DNA of 64,000 nucleotides from a virus: IMG/VR virus record IMGVR_UViG_3300035698_010358, positions 8,159 to 72,158 of that record; one strand, 5' to 3'. Shown piece by piece: positions 59,901 to 64,000 of this stretch (position 1 is its first letter; each line of letters starts with the position of its first letter). The notes under the pieces were generated by a model. It saw only the letters and a program-made list of their open reading frames with translations, ran no database searches and was not told where the DNA came from. The position numbers and the translations under genes were made by a program.

Positions 59901-62900
59901 GGGTTGGTATTCAGCAGGTCGTTATGATTCTGAGAACGAGTTCCGTCGAACAACTCGAATGACTATTGGACAGATTGCAAATCCCGTACTGGGCAACATA
60001 GGTGAAATCCGTTCATTGTTCCTGAACAAGAGAATGGCCAGAGCTCGGATTTGGCAATATTATCCAAATGGTATTCCAGAAGGGTCCTTCGGATTGGTCG
60101 GGGGTATCCCATCCCCAGCTATTGAAGTCCCTTGTGTAATTGCAACTCCAGGATGGATTCGTGATTTCCCTATTGATCCTTCGACAGGATACCCTGATAA
60201 GTCTCAATTCCTTAGTAATGATGGGGACTTCCCTGACTTAGAAACAGGCGACCCAGAGATGGCCACTCCTCCGTTCCTTATCGGGGAGCAGATTGGCTGG
60301 GGTAAGCCTGACGGTCGGGTAGCCGAGGCTTATTGTGGTTCCTTATCAAAGAAATCCGGGGACATCAATAATGCAATGACCGGTTTATTTGTGAATGAAA
60401 TTCTGTACCGTTGTGTTCTCACCTTCCAGGATGCCGAGGGTGATCTTATTACTGATCCAAACAATATTCTGGTTGGTACTTCTCCGACGACAGGCATTGT
60501 GGCTGAAGGTTATCTGGAGCTGGGGGACACAGTTCAGTCTGTTCCGGTTTCGGGTACTGCCGATATTGACAATCCTCCAACGACTGAAGACATGGAGCTT
60601 CTGGCAGATAATTCCAGTGTCTACCGGTCTGGTTTTGATGTCCGACATGCTCAGGATGGTCAATTACTGGATGTAACATTACCTTCAAAATACGACCCAA
60701 CTTTCTGGGCTTGGAAAGAAATATTTGGGCAGAATCCTCCATCACCCCTGACGTGTTTGGAAGGAACTGTTGAATTTTACTATGAGGGTCAGAATCCTCT
60801 CCTGATCCCTGCTTTGGAAGGAAAACCCCAGGATGATTCTGGTGATTATCATGTACCATTCCTTCGGGTGCAGAATACAGAGCTGGATAGATTCAACGAT
60901 GGGATTATCCTGGCAGACATCCTGAAAGTGGATGACCATGCTCCTTTACCGTGGGGTTTGTATCCTGACGAGTGGTTGGGGAATGATGGGTGTGTAACGA
61001 CAATCCCGCCGATTCAAACAGGCATTATCCCCGCAAACGAACCGGCAGCATTGCTTACAGCAACGGATGTGCAGCCTAAAGCAACTGTGGCTTCGGAAGA
61101 ACCTGGGACAGCTGACTTGGATGAGTACGATTTACTGTTCACTCAGGTTGACGGGACAAGTCCGTTCACTCAGACGACTCTCTCGACAGATGGCCCGATG
61201 GGGATTCAATCTGTTGGCCGTATTCGTAATAGAGACGGGGGCTGGGATTTAGGGCCGGAAGGTTCAACTTCTGGCTGGGGTTCATTGATTGAACCTCCAC
61301 GATTCATTACACAAACAAAACAGGGTTCACCACTTCGGTATAAACTTGAAAATGCAATGGTGGGTGAGAATCCTGGAGCACCCTATAATGGGGTGAGATT
61401 ACGAACTTATGATTCCTTGGCTCTCCCGGCACATTACATGGTGTTGGATTTCACATCCATCAACATTGATATGAGTGGCCTGGATGCTATATATGCAGCA
61501 TCACCCAATAACAAAATCACTGTCAAACTCATTTCACATGATGATACTGCTGCTATCATTGGTCCGGGTGGGGTGCCTGCTCCAGCATTGGGTTCGGTTC
61601 TGTTGACGTTGGACATTCAACAAAGCACAGGGCTGACCGTCACAAACTATGTGGACCCTCCGATAACAACTGCAAACCTTACCAATGCTCAGTTTGGGGT
61701 TGATGGTGCGGTGATTGCAGCACTTCCTGGTATGGACCCAAATGATTATATTGCAGGTAATACTCGATATGTCCTGCTGACCTTCTCAGCTCTTATTCCC
61801 CCGGTGATGGATTTGATTTGGGATGTTCCGAATCCTTCTGTGGGTCCTGTTATCCGTCCTGATTGGTTTATTCCTTACGAAGTAGCAGACTTCGGAGGTG
61901 ACCTTTATACCTCAGCAGACTATGGGATGGACTTCGTGTTTGATATTGACACGTACAACACAGCTATAGCACTTGGCGGGTCCACGACAGCCTACATCAG
62001 TTCCGACCGGTTGACCTTCAATGAGAACATTGATTTCGACTTGGCTCAGGAACGTGGAGCAGTTAATCCATTACCCGGGGCAGTCCCGCTGGAAACCCGA
62101 CTGTCCATTTACGAAGTCACCGTCGGGCATGATTCTGTCACAACCTATGCTTCGACCATCAATACTTTCTGTAATGGAAACAATGCTGGAAATCCCGTAC
62201 CCTTTACATTCCTCCCACGAGGTGGAGTGGTTGCTACTTCGGGTTCTTTGGTTGTTCATGGATTTGAAGGTTATGATGGGGCCACAGGGAATATCCCTAT
62301 CATTGGAAACACGGCCACATTCTCAGGGGTTGCTTCAAACGACCGTTGCCAAATTGCACCTCTATTGCCAACCTACGGCAGTATTTGTAAAGGTGTTGGG
62401 GTGATGGAGAGTAAATTTGACTCAGGTTTATTAGGTCCGCCAGATTTGACAGGTCTTTACGATAATCGAGTAACCGGAATTGATTCCACATCATTGTTAT
62501 CAGAGGGTGTAGTTTCCTTGGTTGAGTCTGGTGATATTCTGGTTATCAAACAAGATGTTAATGGTGAAGCCACCACAAAAGCTGGGACTTATCTTGTTCG
62601 ACATGCCATTCCGCAATATGACCCTGCTTTAGCTCCCACAGATTATTGGTGGGACTCCTCTCCGGTGGCCGTAGCAGGCCAAGAAACAGGATGGTGTCCC
62701 GTACATTTCCCAACTATCGTGAGTTACGATGAGGGCACTCGTGAATTGGTTCTGTCCGACCCAGCTTGGATACGAGAAATTGAAGCAGGTAATACTGTTG
62801 CAGGCTACCCTATAGGATGGGAGTCTGGTTTCCCAGACCCAACATCAGGAAATACTTTCGTTTATATTATCCGAGATTATGGTGGGTTGGCTACGGTTAA

Positions 62901-64000
62901 TCCTGGTGGTTCTTCTGGTGATGAAGATTATGATGCAGCAGCCACGACATACAAAGAGTCCATCATACGGCTCCAATACACATCTCTGGCTATTGATGGG
63001 CTTACTGGTGAGTGTACTCTCATACTCCCTTTGGTATTATCAGTAACGGAAGCGGCTTATGCTGGGGGACGAACGGCAGCAGCACCCACGGATTCTGATT
63101 ATGCTGTTATCACGATGGAAGCTGAAAGAACCGCTCTCCTTGATAGTGGTTTCAAGGTATCTGGGATGAAAGCATGGCCAGTCAATGTCTCTGGTGAAAA
63201 TTATGGTCTGCCTGCAAATAATGTGGTCGGTTATGACGATCTGGCTGTTCCTGGTACTACAGCCAATGGTTTCTTACACCTGAACCTCGATAGCCGTTTG
63301 AAAGACACGACTGCACAGCAGTATGGAATTGCAGATTTCGTTAATACCCCAACAGGTTTCGGAACCCTAGGGAAAGTGGTATACCCCGCAGTCTACGGGC
63401 CTGTAGCCAGTAATGGTTTCTACGAATCTCGGGAAACTCCTGTTTATAATCAGGTTGTGTGTTCAGTCCTTAACGATATTCAGGATGCAGATTGGGAATT
63501 ATTAGATCTCCCATCAAGTTCTATAGGTAATTCAGGGGTTTGGGGGTATTATGCCCATTGCTTGTTGCCTTCTTCCCATCTGACGTTGGGTGTGCCGACG
63601 GTAACACCAACTACACCAGGGCATCTAGCTCTTTCAGGTATCTACTTGGAACCCTCATTCCCACGGCAGGCTTTGAATCTGATTGAGGATTATCCAAGGG
63701 TGGTGGATGTTAACAATTCTTTACCTGACCCACAACCCCTGACCGACCCTGAGCGAGAGATTGGTGCAAGAAGCTCTGATTCCTACGGGGACTTTGCAAG
63801 AACCGTAGATACACCCACAACTCCGTCAGAAGTAGAGTTTGAAGTTCGTCGTATCCGTCGGTTCCATGATATTCAGGATGTCAATCTGAAACTGGCACCT
63901 CTCCGATACGTTTACGAGATTCGTCGTGGCCGAATCAAAGGGTACAACAGTGACCCCATCACGACAGGTCAACGTGGTATCGTAGATGCTAATGATTTCA
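53947..64000 (+). CDS. Giant virion (baseplate/fibre-like) protein, partial, at least 3351 aa
   Basis: ATG 53947 (MSFQFDGKILEGVRQ); spot-checked lines and the last line are open in this frame, and the track reports no ORF in it, consistent with no stop before the window end. Confidence 0.85.
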   Translation, partial: MSFQFDGKILEGVRQSPVNSPKTDEPGTGVVRDIRALPTGYTLDSPPLVCATADQYRVATLEAPGSTIVEYLVWAQNSAQLATVDDPSWYTTEGIGNIPTGDLDVISYPGPDQVLYIDGTVNVIVVDNGNRSIGSILWLVVARGDVEYDDDGWDDVDNLAAGREGSNPYLVFGIAVENQNPVSGMVTLTDAQLALLSGGLSLGRGDRVIQPRYTAAAPRFWWTRNDRYEKRFGWNASIQRWEPWKGSGVKNLGYLLLDEASFTMAPKLQNFPVGAFLPGDALTPDKYSMIRLGTDPGVTSTPAASGDGFLGIQVKPDDSVEDFDFSAATTLIGVMGQTNGKLVFNPAYVNLHAGKSVWYSYKGFSGDEDGVIGSIQDALTSDLFLAPLPGPTDAPLLRYGNRSYLDTITFADDAALQAEVDAPAEGQVYLSLSTGRLKLSPVDMGKANPDSPSTFSKYYLGDDVVYDGVSLCQRPQPTRSPVRMLDADSAPTTDADEVFLPEAEYLPDAYSSLDWNNAYRGLGVSGILNVPDGTGSLPIVGDVPVRPGGDNSYSGSPDPNVGMVRLLDDGVSDLIIFGRNHAITSTRSYRIPDDKPSRIRGGNAYICLQVEGSDPGSRVEMGRYDRRKLDGDYIYFLQSALVPATFTSEAKLYSRNRDIFRFDGDETLYFAVNGAPYTWDSSGLVASFPDQASFTAEEVAEDMASLVPSAAGSVTAHLGRILIQGTNSVEIGFGYPDKDLSGASVLGFLPGWRATEGEPCWLPDSGVSVGLFRSPVNQDRSKATADFAYIDRIRDGLLSESLQPNPFFFFLNPPLQDIAGYSENFFFQLVNYIIDGDDIQIVYKNLEHYKDIIYRFGQKKFDWVGEGSYREPVERALNTLDLGAVGVVPESMMGAPGIPGALYVNTGEGGLVLQDQDDDYILPFDGAPGNATLIHRFGKRISFGAQGGFVEGSTTFTDSSATTDFNDPDNPVLPGYRLKLTASDAEGSYTIESVDSDNTLTVSPVFLWTSDVPVTWELFEGYSKDVYDPMVVADMLYQEFSPLSEEPFKVRVLSYLGLVPEDSSVQDVGRLIANVEGALASNRPISLRYKPEAPTVTNTVSLSWLTKVDIGVIENGARIIPDVSSIRFTSEAFSIQIGTVVYSHGDPIHPLVGVSAFSSDPGASVEYLTVDTDPESPKGLLKFGSEVMATYAESQVLVKDEFLDPSNLAALYAELSPWTGGVNLSDTDMLANAGGRCYFVEQMDTKKDLSVQPMSGSCAFLRPLPKRVLVEMEYYGADLEGRKLQYPVLSLNGEPTGMTEPRQITEFLPVFIRDEIAIRDSNRVFYFNTDGNTVYQDIDPIIYIRAVQQNYNETNCVIDYLPDGRGRLTFITYDVTEGVDVKVTYAVAESQGGERAYETSLKPVYRPPFYITANQNRFGIRGDREDEFVTGQMLRFGKENFYVKGTKYYPETTDDEGNVTGDITAVYIYPPTTQEVGTRAPARDILALQTLMPITPVVDPKGSVVGPDGTTNPVNTTAAAGLMYLLDLTEFPFEPMNRGQTDIVFTGSLLFLAVPGHIIEFGGVPYTIAGVSLSDDGSRTVVSIASGIRQAFEMADEPTVRLTYRPVYPPNVVDLLGVGSFVPEEGYELVQYGLMGGGEELPGKTLVNTVDYTFDVGTGKVTLLEPIQEPLNVPESLVMSFVRLRQLAPYVENGAVVRPTYSASYLNSITPDKDNDLLGATLRGTYTFRSPDTFYFRIVPMSQFLVEVTTEVIEEISSQSPASGAPKPSGGDENWDFGRIGLKTERRHLINKDRVARTFLDFYNVATNSFEQVQETITGDIVGDRDGKFRFWVGRGKEWPTPGYEDEITGYLTPRNVYTDVFSEFANNAPVRYVYVQPYDKLVDPKTYRVENSELLGDVPDIDTLNLMMDSQKDSVTNEVDDTVLTRFWASFKRKHGWPFFYFILKGRFNWMYENHKYSRIFPRWTKTFLRTNPGIEADLDAGEPGWYSAGRYDSENEFRRTTRMTIGQIANPVLGNIGEIRSLFLNKRMARARIWQYYPNGIPEGSFGLVGGIPSPAIEVPCVIATPGWIRDFPIDPSTGYPDKSQFLSNDGDFPDLETGDPEMATPPFLIGEQIGWGKPDGRVAEAYCGSLSKKSGDINNAMTGLFVNEILYRCVLTFQDAEGDLITDPNNILVGTSPTTGIVAEGYLELGDTVQSVPVSGTADIDNPPTTEDMELLADNSSVYRSGFDVRHAQDGQLLDVTLPSKYDPTFWAWKEIFGQNPPSPLTCLEGTVEFYYEGQNPLLIPALEGKPQDDSGDYHVPFLRVQNTELDRFNDGIILADILKVDDHAPLPWGLYPDEWLGNDGCVTTIPPIQTGIIPANEPAALLTATDVQPKATVASEEPGTADLDEYDLLFTQVDGTSPFTQTTLSTDGPMGIQSVGRIRNRDGGWDLGPEGSTSGWGSLIEPPRFITQTKQGSPLRYKLENAMVGENPGAPYNGVRLRTYDSLALPAHYMVLDFTSINIDMSGLDAIYAASPNNKITVKLISHDDTAAIIGPGGVPAPALGSVLLTLDIQQSTGLTVTNYVDPPITTANLTNAQFGVDGAVIAALPGMDPNDYIAGNTRYVLLTFSALIPPVMDLIWDVPNPSVGPVIRPDWFIPYEVADFGGDLYTSADYGMDFVFDIDTYNTAIALGGSTTAYISSDRLTFNENIDFDLAQERGAVNPLPGAVPLETRLSIYEVTVGHDSVTTYASTINTFCNGNNAGNPVPFTFLPRGGVVATSGSLVVHGFEGYDGATGNIPIIGNTATFSGVASNDRCQIAPLLPTYGSICKGVGVMESKFDSGLLGPPDLTGLYDNRVTGIDSTSLLSEGVVSLVESGDILVIKQDVNGEATTKAGTYLVRHAIPQYDPALAPTDYWWDSSPVAVAGQETGWCPVHFPTIVSYDEGTRELVLSDPAWIREIEAGNTVAGYPIGWESGFPDPTSGNTFVYIIRDYGGLATVNPGGSSGDEDYDAAATTYKESIIRLQYTSLAIDGLTGECTLILPLVLSVTEAAYAGGRTAAAPTDSDYAVITMEAERTALLDSGFKVSGMKAWPVNVSGENYGLPANNVVGYDDLAVPGTTANGFLHLNLDSRLKDTTAQQYGIADFVNTPTGFGTLGKVVYPAVYGPVASNGFYESRETPVYNQVVCSVLNDIQDADWELLDLPSSSIGNSGVWGYYAHCLLPSSHLTLGVPTVTPTTPGHLALSGIYLEPSFPRQALNLIEDYPRVVDVNNSLPDPQPLTDPEREIGARSSDSYGDFARTVDTPTTPSEVEFEVRRIRRFHDIQDVNLKLAPLRYVYEIRRGRIKGYNSDPITTGQRGIVDANDF

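Noticed and set aside
1-64000. tRNA/rRNA genes, alternative genetic code, apparent scarcity of GCGC/CGCG
   Set aside because: No RNA genes recognised; long ORFs are intact in the standard code; the k-mer impression cannot be quantified without computation

Overview
This 64-kb window is the virion-morphogenesis region of a large (jumbo-type) contractile-tailed phage, almost entirely on the + strand. Order: major capsid C-terminus, head-associated and accessory genes, neck/head-completion genes, a giant tail sheath (1772 aa), tail tube, chaperones, tape measure, baseplate hub and spike, then an ORF of at least 3351 codons (absent from the ORF track) that runs off the right end. The standout is 10530-14309: one putative head-completion gene is broken into three ORFs by two atypically split inteins (about 31-32 aa IntN plus about 131-132 aa IntC; one Cys/Cys, one Ser/Ser). 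Each split point holds an out-of-frame free-standing endonuclease gene (TnsA-like; Vsr/DUF559-like), implying three-piece protein trans-splicing with two orthogonal inteins. Other leads: a shared LANENP..LVPLLK.A leader on unrelated small proteins, a nuclease-less terminase plus capsid-like fragments (possible decoys), an actin-like ATPase, two C6-associated +1 frameshifts, and a MerR/VIT-vWA island between sheath and tube. All family calls come from reading motifs by eye; no searches were run.
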